A stretch of DNA of 29,569 nt from a virus. Lineage: Duplodnaviria > Caudoviricetes. The first letter of the stretch is position 1. Each line of letters starts with the position of its first letter. Shown here piece after piece: positions 7,805 through 16,927 of the stretch. The notes under the pieces were generated by a model, which made no database searches, was not told the DNA's origin, and saw nothing but the letters and a program-made list of their open reading frames with translations. The stretch lies in IMG/VR virus record IMGVR_UViG_3300047546_000049, positions 1 to 29,569 of that record. One strand, written 5' to 3'. The translations under genes and the position numbers were made by a program.

Positions 7805-10099
7805 TTACTGCCTTACTGCAAAATTGACGATCTTCTTAAAAGATTCAACGCTCTCGGAGAGCATGGTTTCCATCTGTTTCTTATTGTCTTTATTCAGAGA
7901 TTCATGAACGGAGACAATTTTCTGAGCTATGGTATTATTTATCGTAATAGAGTTTTCACCTATATTTAGCTGCATTTCCGTTGTGCCTTCAGAAACCATC
8001 TTCTTGATAGATTTCAAAATGCTTTCGTTTTGCTGCTGTTGAGAATAATAGTCTCGCTCATATTTTCTGAGTCTGGCATCAACACCTGTTCTCAGAGAGT
8101 CTGGTCTTGAAGGCGCTGAAACTTTAATCTTGTTTTTGAGATCAAACTCAGTTGGGCTCAATATCTTCGTACCATCATCATCTCTTGATGAGTTTGCAAG
8201 ATCACCAGCAACAGCATCTACAAAGCGCAAACCTTTACCAATACCTCTGCCCACACCCCTCACTATACCTCTCACTTCGTTTAGTGAAGGATTTTCAAAA
8301 GACTTTCTATAGAGATTTGATAGACGCTTATCGACACCAGTTGAAATATTACCTTTAGGTTCATGAATCTTTATTTTCAAACCAAAAGATGCAGGTGTTA
8401 AAGGTTTTCTTTCTGAATCCGATGTATCAGGTGATCTTTTTGAAGGTAAATCTACATCTACAGGTGGTTTTTTACCACCTGGTCTATTTCTACCTTTTGG
8501 TGCTTTAGCTTGTGTAGCAACATTAGCATCAGCTTTAGTTCCAGCTGTTGCTCTTGTTTGTGTCATAGCTGCGGCCGCAGCATCTTCAACTTCTTTACCT
8601 ATGGCTTTCTGAGGTGCTGCGACAGGTGCTGCAACAGTCATAAGAGCTGGTGGATTTTCAGGAACAGAAATAGCTGGTGCAGCCGGAGGTGTCGGTGGTG
8701 CGACAGGTGGTGATGAAACTGTTACTGGAGGTTCTGCAATAGAAGCAGAAGGAGTTTTTACAGCAGGAGGTGCAGGTGATAAAACCTCTGGTTTCTTTGC
8801 TGGTGCAGTTTTCTTTTTGCCGGATATATCAGAAGCAGTTTTTGCACCTGCCCAAGTTGCTAAAGCTCCTGCAACGTGTGGTAAAGCTCTGGTGACATAA
8901 GGCGCTGCTAATCTAGCCGCTCCAACAGCTAAAGGAATAGCTAATGGTAAAGCTTCATTTATTTGTCTTCTAGCCATCAAACGATTTGCAAAAGCTTCTT
9001 TGAGCGATGCTTGTTTCATAGCAGCTTGAGAGAACTGAACATCAGGGTTTTTGGCTTTGATTTTTGCCATCCTGGCTCTCGTAGCTTTACCACTTTTAAC
9101 TTTAGCCTGTCTAACTACAGAAGTATTTTTTGGTGGTGAAACACCAGCTAAACTAGGTTGAGTGCTAGATTGTGTTTTTGTGCTAACTGGAGGTTGAGTG
9201 CTTGAAGCAGGTGAACCACTATCTTTAACAGTGGGTGTAGTTGGTTCTTTTACTGGTTCTGGTGAAGCTGCTGGTGAAGTTGTAGTTTTATTCTTACCTC
9301 TGAGCTGTCTTAGTTTATCTCTGATTGGTTCTGATACAAATTTTCTAAAAGCTGCACCATGTGCAACACCAGCTTTAGCAGCTAGAGCATCTAAACCAGT
9401 TACTTGACCACTAAAAAACTTATCTTTAAGATACTTGTTAGAAGCTTTCTTCAACTCAATCTTTTCAGGATCACCACCTAAAATTTTTGGACCAGTCAAA
9501 TAGTGTTTTGCTCTAATCTTACCTTCACCAGCTTTTTGTAGAACAAACTTTCTCAGTTCTTCTGGTGACTTCTCTTTTTTCTTCTTATCATCACCTTCAT
9601 CACCATAATCTTTTACATAATCTTGATAAGCTTGCTTATAATTAGCAGCTTCGTTTATCGAAGGTACACCAGGCCCAAAAGGTATTGAGATATAACGGTC
9701 AAGGTATTGTGAATAGTAAAGACCTATCTTTTGATTACCTGAAAATACACGAATACCTTTACGCTTCAGTATAATGATTGTAGGCAGATCACGCTCAGAT
9801 ACGGCAGCCGAGTTATCGAAACGAGTATCATACTTAGTTAGATACTGACCTTCTTTTGCTTCATTTAGATTTTGACTATATACTGCTTCTGCAATGAGAG
9901 AGTCTAGAAGTTCAAGAACAACCTTGCGTTCAGCAATAGTCATCTTCTCTGGTTCTTTTTCTAATGCTCTCTTTAATACAGGAATCTTTTTTGATTCGAA
10001 CAGACCAGAACGAGCAAGAGCTTCAAGTTTACGGGCATCCGTATCTTGTTTCTCTGTGATAATATCATACTTGTTTCTGATCTGTTCAATCTTTTTCAT
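7805..10099 (-). CDS. Large prohead-core/internal protein (764 aa) with Pro/Ala-rich centre and many (L/I)-x-E sites
   Basis: Ordered N-terminal block (LP.IIILKRKGIR.F...KIGLYY....RYISIPF) and C-terminal block (A.KI..V.ESLN..NKK....ML) flank low-complexity segments; sits between the gp67-like and gp68-like genes. Confidence 0.7.
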   Translation of the reverse strand: MKKIEQIRNKYDIITEKQDTDARKLEALARSGLFESKKIPVLKRALEKEPEKMTIAERKVVLELLDSLIAEAVYSQNLNEAKEGQYLTKYDTRFDNSAAVSERDLPTIIILKRKGIRVFSGNQKIGLYYSQYLDRYISIPFGPGVPSINEAANYKQAYQDYVKDYGDEGDDKKKKEKSPEELRKFVLQKAGEGKIRAKHYLTGPKILGGDPEKIELKKASNKYLKDKFFSGQVTGLDALAAKAGVAHGAAFRKFVSEPIRDKLRQLRGKNKTTTSPAASPEPVKEPTTPTVKDSGSPASSTQPPVSTKTQSSTQPSLAGVSPPKNTSVVRQAKVKSGKATRARMAKIKAKNPDVQFSQAAMKQASLKEAFANRLMARRQINEALPLAIPLAVGAARLAAPYVTRALPHVAGALATWAGAKTASDISGKKKTAPAKKPEVLSPAPPAVKTPSASIAEPPVTVSSPPVAPPTPPAAPAISVPENPPALMTVAAPVAAPQKAIGKEVEDAAAAAMTQTRATAGTKADANVATQAKAPKGRNRPGGKKPPVDVDLPSKRSPDTSDSERKPLTPASFGLKIKIHEPKGNISTGVDKRLSNLYRKSFENPSLNEVRGIVRGVGRGIGKGLRFVDAVAGDLANSSRDDDGTKILSPTEFDLKNKIKVSAPSRPDSLRTGVDARLRKYERDYYSQQQQNESILKSIKKMVSEGTTEMQLNIGENSITINNTIAQKIVSVHESLNKDNKKQMETMLSESVESFKKIVNFAVRQ

Positions 10100-10102
10100 G
10101 AT

Positions 10103-10255
10103 TTACTTCTTTTCGAAAAAGTTCTTGGCAATCTCAATTTTCTTTTCTTCAAGCTTCTCTACGGCCTTTGAGGTGAGAGCGGCATTGAAGTTTTCTTTCA
10201 TCTGCTCAAGTTTCTTTTCGCGAATGTTTTCAATCGCTTTCTTGACGTTACTCAT
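10103..10255 (-). CDS. gp67: Small prohead core protein, gp67-like (50 aa)
   Basis: Not in ORF track (too short). Reads MSNVKKAIENIREKKLEQMKENFNAALTSKAVEKLEEKKIEIAKNFFEKK with AAGGAG SD and an upstream ATAAATA. F...L..K....LE..K.EIA pattern and position after the portal fit gp67. Confidence 0.75.
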   Translation of the reverse strand: MSNVKKAIENIREKKLEQMKENFNAALTSKAVEKLEEKKIEIAKNFFEKK

Positions 10256-10281
10256 TTGTATGCTCCTTTAGAAACTATCTA

Positions 10282-10288
10282 TATTTAT
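10282..10288 (-). promoter_or_regulatory. Late promoter ATAAATA upstream of the gp67-like gene
   Basis: Overlaps the TAA stop of the ADP-ribosyltransferase gene. Confidence 0.55.
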
Positions 10289-11151
10289 TTAACAAGGATA
10301 CAATCGAAGTAAAGCACTTCAAGACCACTACTACCAGTATAAGCATTGCTGCCAACCAGTTTGTTTGGACCTGATACTACTTTTACTTTGCTACCGCGAG
10401 GTAAAAGGAACTCTGATTCACCAGGGTTGGCTGAGAAATCTTCAACGAACATACCCTTAGAACCTTTTGGTACCTTAATCTGTAACATAACAGTCTGCTG
10501 TCTGCTTACTGACTTATTGACACGACTGTTATAGTTTAGAGCAATGTTAGGATTTATCGTAGTTGAACGATAACCTTTAAATCTAAATGTTGAACCTGGT
10601 GCAAAACTGGTGATATCATACTCTGTACCTAGACCAACATATGAAAGAAACTCATGGTCAGTCTTCATTTTGTTCAGAGCAGAGTCCAATGCTGCTACTT
10701 GTGCAGGAATTGGATCACCATCATATTCTGGTTGAATCTGATCTGCTCTGATACCAGTTGGTAGATCATATAGTTTATTATTGATATCAACAAAATCTGT
10801 ACCAGTGTAAGCTTCTACTGCACCAAGTTCGTTCTCATCATAATACTCTGGTCTATAGTAATCTGTCATATAGGCCTGATTTTGTTCGATGTCAGGTGCA
10901 AATTGCTTTACGAAATTTCCGTAATCATCTTGACTTGACTGTTTGAATGTATTGCTCTTTATGGCCTTGTTAAAAGGAACAAGTCTATCGTTTTGAACTA
11001 CATGAGAAATTTGTTGTGTATTTGGATCTTCGTAACGACCAAATCCAACATATTGTAGTCTTAGTTTCTTGGCTTCTGCTGCTGCATTAGAAGAAGGTTC
11101 AACAAGTGCGTTATTCAAATCTTCATATAGATATTGATTGAACTTCTTCAT
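10285..11151 (-). CDS. ADP-ribosyltransferase (VIP2/exotoxin-like, Alt/Mod-type fold) with capsid-targeting-like N-terminus
   Basis: A.EAYTG.DF..IN..L, LDSALNK, GYRSTT (S-T-S motif), MLQIKVPKGSKG.FV, GESEFLLPRGS (E-x-E motif). N-terminus MKKFNQYLYE. Confidence 0.85.
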   Translation of the reverse strand: MKKFNQYLYEDLNNALVEPSSNAAAEAKKLRLQYVGFGRYEDPNTQQISHVVQNDRLVPFNKAIKSNTFKQSSQDDYGNFVKQFAPDIEQNQAYMTDYYRPEYYDENELGAVEAYTGTDFVDINNKLYDLPTGIRADQIQPEYDGDPIPAQVAALDSALNKMKTDHEFLSYVGLGTEYDITSFAPGSTFRFKGYRSTTINPNIALNYNSRVNKSVSRQQTVMLQIKVPKGSKGMFVEDFSANPGESEFLLPRGSKVKVVSGPNKLVGSNAYTGSSGLEVLYFDCILVK

Positions 11152-12827
11152 TACATGAGCTCCAACTCTTTTGGTTGCAACTCAAATTTAGAAGGACCTT
11201 GTGGTTGTTCTTCTTGCATTGGTTGCTGACCACCAGCTTGTGGCATAGGTGCCTGTTGCATTGGTGGTGCACCACCTTGTGCTGCGGCCTGTGCTGTTGA
11301 CATTTGTGGTTGAATTGGATTACCCATAGCATCTACTGCATTTGGATCAACCTGAGGCATTGCAGCCTGTTCTTTTGCCATTTGTTCGTCAATTTCTAGA
11401 ATGTCTTCGTCTGTCATCTGAAGAACGTTCTTACGAACCCATTCCATCGAATAGTAACGACCAACATAAGGATCAACTAGCTGAAGAAGACCAACACGAT
11501 TGGTCATCAACTCAGCTTCTTTTAGTTCATTGAAGTTATTGTCTTTCTTGAAGTCATACCAGACATCTTCTTTGAACTCTTTCCATTCTTCTTCTGTACA
11601 AATCTTCTTGAGTACTAGTTGAACACGAAGTAGATCATCGAATAGTGTAGCAAATTTGTTGCGAAGACGCTGAACAAACTTATTGAACTTTAGTTCATCT
11701 CTGGTAATTTCACTTGAACGACCCAGTGAGAAACCTTGTTGCTGTTCTAGTCTTGATACAGGAACACTAAGAGACTTGTAGAGTTTCTTTTCAAAGTATT
11801 TGACATCTTCCAACTCACCAAGGTTCATACCACCAGGAAGAGTTGATATTTCCGTCCCTTTACTACCCTCACGGCGAGGCAGCCAGAAGTCTTCCAACAT
11901 AGAAAGGTGCTTACGGTCATCTTTTATTTCTCCCGTGCTGCTATCATAGACCAGCTTATTGCGATACTTGGTCATGATATCTTTGAGATACTGTTCAGCT
12001 TTGATTGTTGGCATATTACCAACGTCAACATAGAACACACGGCGTTCTGGTGCGCGAGATAGTCGATAGATAACTGTAGCATCTTCAACCATACGAAGCT
12101 GATTGAGAGGCTTGATGGCCTTGTGAAGATACGAGAGAACCATCGCTCTCTTAGCATCCATGAGACCTGAATTGACATTTACGATTGCATCGACAGCAAT
12201 CTTAGCACCAAGATTTGAGTGTGCGCCTACAACACCGCGTTCGTTGTATAGATAGTATTCGTTTTGTTTACGAATAATTTCCATACCAGTCTTTGAGTCT
12301 TTTGTTTTTTGAATTTCACGGATTTTGCGAATACGACGAGGATCGACGTAACGTAGTTCTTGAATACCGAGAGCTGGTCTTTGATCATCAATAATGACAT
12401 GATAGAACAATCTGCCGTCGATATACCAGCGACGGAATAGGTCATGACCCATATTACCGAAGTTTAAGAGTTTGAGTATAAACTCAAACTCATCTCTGAT
12501 CTTCTTCTTAATTTGGTCAGGTTGCTTGAGATCATCCGTATTGATTTCAACACCTTTACCATTATCATCATTGACAATGGCCTCATTAACAATATCATCA
12601 ATGGCACTTTCAAGCTCAGGTTGCATAGACATTTCGCGATAACGAGTGATAAGTTCAATCTCGTTACGAACCACACCATCAAGGTCAACATATGTACCAT
12701 AATATGAACCAGACTGAATGGTAACTGCACCATCATCATTCTGAGGTATGGCAAATGTTCTACTTTGTTCGTCTTGCTGAGCCTGCTTAGCCTTACGGTT
12801 TATCTCAAAGCCAAATAATTGGACCAT
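11151..12827 (-). CDS. gp20: Portal protein gp20
   Basis: LFGF, LI.RYREM, FRRWYIDGR, SYLHKAIKP.NQLRM.EDA.VIYR.SRAPERR.FY.DVGN, MLEDFWLPRREG.KGTEI.TLPGG, EITRDELKF.KF. Confidence 0.99.
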   Translation of the reverse strand: MVQLFGFEINRKAKQAQQDEQSRTFAIPQNDDGAVTIQSGSYYGTYVDLDGVVRNEIELITRYREMSMQPELESAIDDIVNEAIVNDDNGKGVEINTDDLKQPDQIKKKIRDEFEFILKLLNFGNMGHDLFRRWYIDGRLFYHVIIDDQRPALGIQELRYVDPRRIRKIREIQKTKDSKTGMEIIRKQNEYYLYNERGVVGAHSNLGAKIAVDAIVNVNSGLMDAKRAMVLSYLHKAIKPLNQLRMVEDATVIYRLSRAPERRVFYVDVGNMPTIKAEQYLKDIMTKYRNKLVYDSSTGEIKDDRKHLSMLEDFWLPRREGSKGTEISTLPGGMNLGELEDVKYFEKKLYKSLSVPVSRLEQQQGFSLGRSSEITRDELKFNKFVQRLRNKFATLFDDLLRVQLVLKKICTEEEWKEFKEDVWYDFKKDNNFNELKEAELMTNRVGLLQLVDPYVGRYYSMEWVRKNVLQMTDEDILEIDEQMAKEQAAMPQVDPNAVDAMGNPIQPQMSTAQAAAQGGAPPMQQAPMPQAGGQQPMQEEQPQGPSKFELQPKELELM

Positions 12828-12850
12828 AAAAAAACTACTCCGTGAAAGGA

Positions 12851-12874
12851 AGTAGGGAGAACAATCTCCCTACT
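12851..12874 (-). terminator. Hairpin (weak terminator or mRNA stabiliser) between gp19 and gp20
   Basis: Perfect 10-bp stem AGTAGGGAGA / TCTCCCTACT with a 4-nt loop; interrupted U-tract (TCCTTTC). Confidence 0.65.
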
Positions 12875-12886
12875 ATTGTATATATC

Positions 12887-13480
12887 TTAGAAGTTTCTGA
12901 AAGAACGCTCAGTTGTATTGCTTTCCCACCACTGATAGGCAAACGTTACAGCATACTCTTCAATAGTATCGTTAGCACCCCAATCAAGTTCAATTGGTGA
13001 AACGTCGATTGGGAACATACCTACGAAGTTATATTCTTTAATAATCTCACCACTCTTACCATACTGTGTAACGAGACCATCTTGCTGATATCCAAGAGCG
13101 TTACCAAATGAAACGCCTCTTGTATTTGTAACGTGAGAGTTTAGACCGTGCATCCACTTTTCGAAGGCATCGCGAAGGCGGAAATCTTCGTCATTGATGA
13201 TTGTCACTGTCCACTCTGGGAAAGTTCTGTTACCTGAGAACTTCAATTCACGACCGAAGTAGTTTACAGGAATCTGGTTGACTGTTGAACCAGGAAGTTG
13301 TGCAGCGCGGGCCATGAAGGTAAACTTTTCAGTAAGGCTCACGTTGTCTTGAACAGCACCAGGAGACGTTGCGCCTCCTGATGATGCTAGAATAGGAAAA
13401 GTAAGGGTACACTCAAACAGATTAGGGCGGGCACCGTCACCTGTTAGCTGTGATCTAAATTGGTTGACATTAAAAGCCAT
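12887..13480 (-). CDS. gp19: Tail tube protein gp19
   Basis: GARPNLF, AAQLPGST...I.V.YFGRELKF.G.RTF.EWTVTIINDEDF, FP.DVS.IELDW, EEY.VTF.YQWW. Confidence 0.97.
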   Translation of the reverse strand: MAFNVNQFRSQLTGDGARPNLFECTLTFPILASSGGATSPGAVQDNVSLTEKFTFMARAAQLPGSTVNQIPVNYFGRELKFSGNRTFPEWTVTIINDEDFRLRDAFEKWMHGLNSHVTNTRGVSFGNALGYQQDGLVTQYGKSGEIIKEYNFVGMFPIDVSPIELDWGANDTIEEYAVTFAYQWWESNTTERSFRNF

Positions 13481-13503
13481 TTTTGATTACTCCTTTATCT
13501 CTG

Positions 13504-13510
13504 TATTTAT
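13504..13510 (-). promoter_or_regulatory. Late promoter ATAAATA upstream of gp19
   Basis: In the gp18-gp19 gap, before the AAGGAG SD. Confidence 0.65.
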
Positions 13511-13511
13511 C

Positions 13512-15194
13512 TTAGAAACGGCCAACGATTTCTTCGAATGCTACGCCCGTACGGACTGCTACGAAGTTCAATTGGATGAAGTTAATGCTTCTTGCTGGCT
13601 TGATGTAGATGTCACCAACAAATTCGTTTCTATCAATAACTTCAGGAGTATTGTTTGTGCTATCACATACAACCTTGAAATCAAAAATACCACGACGACC
13701 CTGAACATCGCGGAGATAAGGTTCTACGAGAGCCTTGAACTGTGCGCGAGTAAACTCATCGTTAAACTCGAACAGTGAATACTTGGCTGCTCTTGAGATA
13801 GCCTTTTCAAGAACGATGAACAGACGACGGACGTTGATACGGTCAAAAGCAGATGGCTTAGAAAGCATTGTCTTATCACCGTATAGAACAGTTCCTTCAC
13901 CTTGGAATGTTACAACAGAGTTGACGCCGATCTTATAAAGATCATCGCGGTTTGTCTTTGTTGGATTCCATGCGAGCTTTACAACGTTCTTGATCTGACC
14001 ACGGTTGAAACCAGCTGGTGAGAACCATGCGTCACGCTGTGTATCTGTACGAACACAGAGGCCAGCGATATCACCGTTCAGAGGTACCCAACGATATACG
14101 TTGTTATACTTGTCGAACTGATACTTCCAACCTGAGTCAAAGAAGGCATAAGAAGATGAATTGAATGAGTTTCTTGTGCTTGTGATGTTTGTTACTTCAG
14201 AACCACTCTGGTTAACAACGTCTGTCTTAAGAGGTGAAATGAAGACAACACAATCTTTACGAACTTCTGCAATGTTATCTACGATATACTTAGAAACAAC
14301 ATTTGAGTGTGGGCCTGTGATGATCAGAGAAACGTCAATTTCATCCGCGTTCTTAAACTTGTCATATGAAACTTGAACGTTAGCTGTTGCAGGAGAAGCA
14401 TCAACACCACCTGTAAGAGATACATTGAATACACCTGCTGTGCCACCATCACCACCACTAAAAACAGTGCTTGAGCCGGTAACACCTGAATTACTGTTAG
14501 CTGCATGTGCGATTGCATAAACATACTTAGACTGATTTGTTATCACATTTACATAGTAGTTTGATGAACCGTCTTCGTTAGTTGCATCTGAAGCTTTAGA
14601 AACGTAACCAAATCTTTCAAGAACGGTATTTGCAGTTCCTGAAATAAAACCGTCTTCATCAACAACCGTAACGTGCATTTCATCACCTGAACCACTCACA
14701 CCAGCAACATAAGTTGATGTGTTTGGAGCACCGTTATAGTTTGAAGCATATGGATATGAAGCAAAAGCGGCATTGTTAGCACAAACTGAAACTTTTAAGC
14801 TGTTACCAAGAGAACCTGGATACTTTGCAGCGAAAATATAACCATTTGTACTTGAACTTAAAGCTGAGTATGATGCTTCATAGGCATCTCTATTCTTGAT
14901 AAGAATACCTGTATTAGCAGCGTTTCTTGCGGCCGCACCAACGGAGCGAACGAGCTTCAGGTTGTCAGCATATGACAAGAAGTTAGCTGCGGTAAAAAAT
15001 GATTCGAAGGTATTTGCGTCTGGAAGACCGAATGTGTTTACAACGTCGATCTCGTTTGACATTGTTCTGATTTCGTCAACAGGGCCCCAGTTGAAGATAC
15101 CAACGAAGCCACCTGTGGTAGTTCCAACCTGCGGAACGATAGTTGTTAGGTCAATCTCAGATACGTTTACACCTGGTGACAATTGGAATGCCAT
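13512..15194 (-). CDS. gp18: Tail sheath protein gp18
   Basis: SPGV.V.EIDLT, F.WGP, A.YPG..GN, DSGWKYQFDKYN..YRWVPLNGD.AGLC, WFSPAG.NRG, SAFDRINVRRLF, FEFND.FTR, IKPARSINFI.LNF. Confidence 0.98.
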   Translation of the reverse strand: MAFQLSPGVNVSEIDLTTIVPQVGTTTGGFVGIFNWGPVDEIRTMSNEIDVVNTFGLPDANTFESFFTAANFLSYADNLKLVRSVGAAARNAANTGILIKNRDAYEASYSALSSSTNGYIFAAKYPGSLGNSLKVSVCANNAAFASYPYASNYNGAPNTSTYVAGVSGSGDEMHVTVVDEDGFISGTANTVLERFGYVSKASDATNEDGSSNYYVNVITNQSKYVYAIAHAANSNSGVTGSSTVFSGGDGGTAGVFNVSLTGGVDASPATANVQVSYDKFKNADEIDVSLIITGPHSNVVSKYIVDNIAEVRKDCVVFISPLKTDVVNQSGSEVTNITSTRNSFNSSSYAFFDSGWKYQFDKYNNVYRWVPLNGDIAGLCVRTDTQRDAWFSPAGFNRGQIKNVVKLAWNPTKTNRDDLYKIGVNSVVTFQGEGTVLYGDKTMLSKPSAFDRINVRRLFIVLEKAISRAAKYSLFEFNDEFTRAQFKALVEPYLRDVQGRRGIFDFKVVCDSTNNTPEVIDRNEFVGDIYIKPARSINFIQLNFVAVRTGVAFEEIVGRF

Positions 15195-15234
15195 CGTATT
15201 TCTCCTTTATGAAAAGATTACTTTTCGTCTGGTT

Positions 15235-15242
15235 TATTTATA
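15235..15242 (-). promoter_or_regulatory. T4 late promoter TATAAATA upstream of gp18
   Basis: Exact consensus in the intergenic gap. Confidence 0.8.
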
Positions 15243-15253
15243 GGAATCAAGAT

Positions 15254-16927
15254 TTATAGTCTATGCTTGTTCGTTAGCATGTCCCAATCTACATGGTCAA
15301 AGGTATACATTCTCTCGCGGTCGGTCACCCATACATCACCGTCCATGACCTCACCTTGGTTATCTATTCCATTGTCTATAATTCCAAAAGGTACTATATC
15401 TTGATCCATAATCTGTAGTTGTTCTTCTTGAAGAGTTCTGCGGATGTCTGTATTGACACTCTCTTTGAAATACTTCTGAGCCGTCAACCAGCCAAAGTTC
15501 ACAAGCGTCATAACCAGGTCGTCGTTATTTCCTTCTTCAGCGGCAAAGCTCTGCTTATGGGCTGAGAACGTTGTCAATTCCATGATCGTGTCTTCGTCGT
15601 TAACAATTAACTTGTCGTTCTCAATAAGAGACTTAAGGTTGGCACAACCAATCTTCTTGGTTTGAACAGAAGTCTTGAGACCAAATTGCATCTGTTTGGT
15701 AAAACCTGGTGTGGCCTGCTGACCAGCTTTATTTTTACCGTTTCTAACCTTGATCAGGTTCTCATAGGCTAGTTCGTTATGAAGAATATCAGCGACCTGA
15801 AGACCGATGCTGTTGATTTCTACCAGAATGAAAGCTTCATTATACTTTACTGCGGCTGTATAGAGAACTGTCGGAAAAAGCAGAGGTGATATCTTGTTGT
15901 TCTTATACTTAGCCACCTGCCTATAAGGTATCTCCGTCACATCTATGATAGAGAAGGTTGAATAGTCTAGACCTTGACCTTCAGCCACATCCGCAACAAG
16001 GACATATGTGCGACCTGAAACTGGTTGCTCAAAGATATGAAGATCACCATCTCTGGCTATAGGGTTCTTGAAAACCAATGCTCTGATCTTAGATGGATGA
16101 ATGAGAGTATTGGTTGAGCCGATGAACTCACACTCGAACTCTTGACGGAACTGATCTTCGGACGTATTACGAATGATCTGTTCTTTCCATTCCTGTGTTC
16201 GACCAGGCACCATCGACCAGTGAATTTCGATTGGTATGTAGTCAGACTTCTTTTCAACGGCCTGTGTCCACATCTTATAGAATAGGTTCAGACCGTTTGG
16301 TGTAGAAACAATGATAACTTTCGTGGTACTACCAGAAGAAATAGTAGGATAAGTCGAATTGAAGAAAGACTCTGCAATGTTGTTTGGTACGAACGCAAAC
16401 TCGTCAAGAAAGATAATGTTGAATGTTTTACCACGAACCGAGCTACCAGAAGTAGAGTCAGCTAGGCATCTTGAACCGTTGGCTAATTCAAGTGAACCTT
16501 TGTTCCATTCTTTGACTCCTTGTTGAAGGAATCTTGGTAGATATTCAAAAGCCAACTGAAGACGACCCATGATTTCACGGGCTGTGGCCGACTTGTTAGC
16601 AAGAATGGCTACGGTTGCCATCTCATTAAATAGAATGTAATGTAGCAGATAGGCTACCGATGTGGTTGTCTTACCGACCTGACGAGGCAGCTTACAGATA
16701 GAGAAGCGGTTCTCATGAAAAGTCGTGAGCATATCTTTCTGGAAATCCCACATCTTGAACGGCATAAGACCGTGGTCAACGTTGACGATCTTGATATACT
16801 TGGTTGCAAAGTAAATAGGATCATTCACGCACTTGATGAACTCATCACGTTCATGTTGAGTAAATGAGTGTATGTAATCTTCTCTCGGTAGATTAGGATT
16901 ACCCTGGTAACCTTCGTATCTAGGCAT
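15254..16927 (-). CDS. gp17: Terminase large subunit gp17
   Basis: Y.GNPNL, PRQVGKTT (Walker A), IFLDEFAF (Walker B), STPNG.N.FY, F.QEFECEF.GS, DVAEG.G.DYS, DDLVM nuclease motifs. Confidence 0.98.
   Translation of the reverse strand: MPRYEGYQGNPNLPREDYIHSFTQHERDEFIKCVNDPIYFATKYIKIVNVDHGLMPFKMWDFQKDMLTTFHENRFSICKLPRQVGKTTTSVAYLLHYILFNEMATVAILANKSATAREIMGRLQLAFEYLPRFLQQGVKEWNKGSLELANGSRCLADSTSGSSVRGKTFNIIFLDEFAFVPNNIAESFFNSTYPTISSGSTTKVIIVSTPNGLNLFYKMWTQAVEKKSDYIPIEIHWSMVPGRTQEWKEQIIRNTSEDQFRQEFECEFIGSTNTLIHPSKIRALVFKNPIARDGDLHIFEQPVSGRTYVLVADVAEGQGLDYSTFSIIDVTEIPYRQVAKYKNNKISPLLFPTVLYTAAVKYNEAFILVEINSIGLQVADILHNELAYENLIKVRNGKNKAGQQATPGFTKQMQFGLKTSVQTKKIGCANLKSLIENDKLIVNDEDTIMELTTFSAHKQSFAAEEGNNDDLVMTLVNFGWLTAQKYFKESVNTDIRRTLQEEQLQIMDQDIVPFGIIDNGIDNQGEVMDGDVWVTDRERMYTFDHVDWDMLTNKHRL

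Noticed and set aside
9894-10271. 125-aa plus-strand ORF
   Set aside because: It is the antisense shadow of the gp67-like gene and the 764-aa gene start, which have SD and promoter support.
15254-16927. Intein, intron or homing endonuclease in terminase (also checked portal, capsid, UvsW)
   Set aside because: The ORFs are continuous and of normal length, with no splicing or endonuclease motifs noticed.
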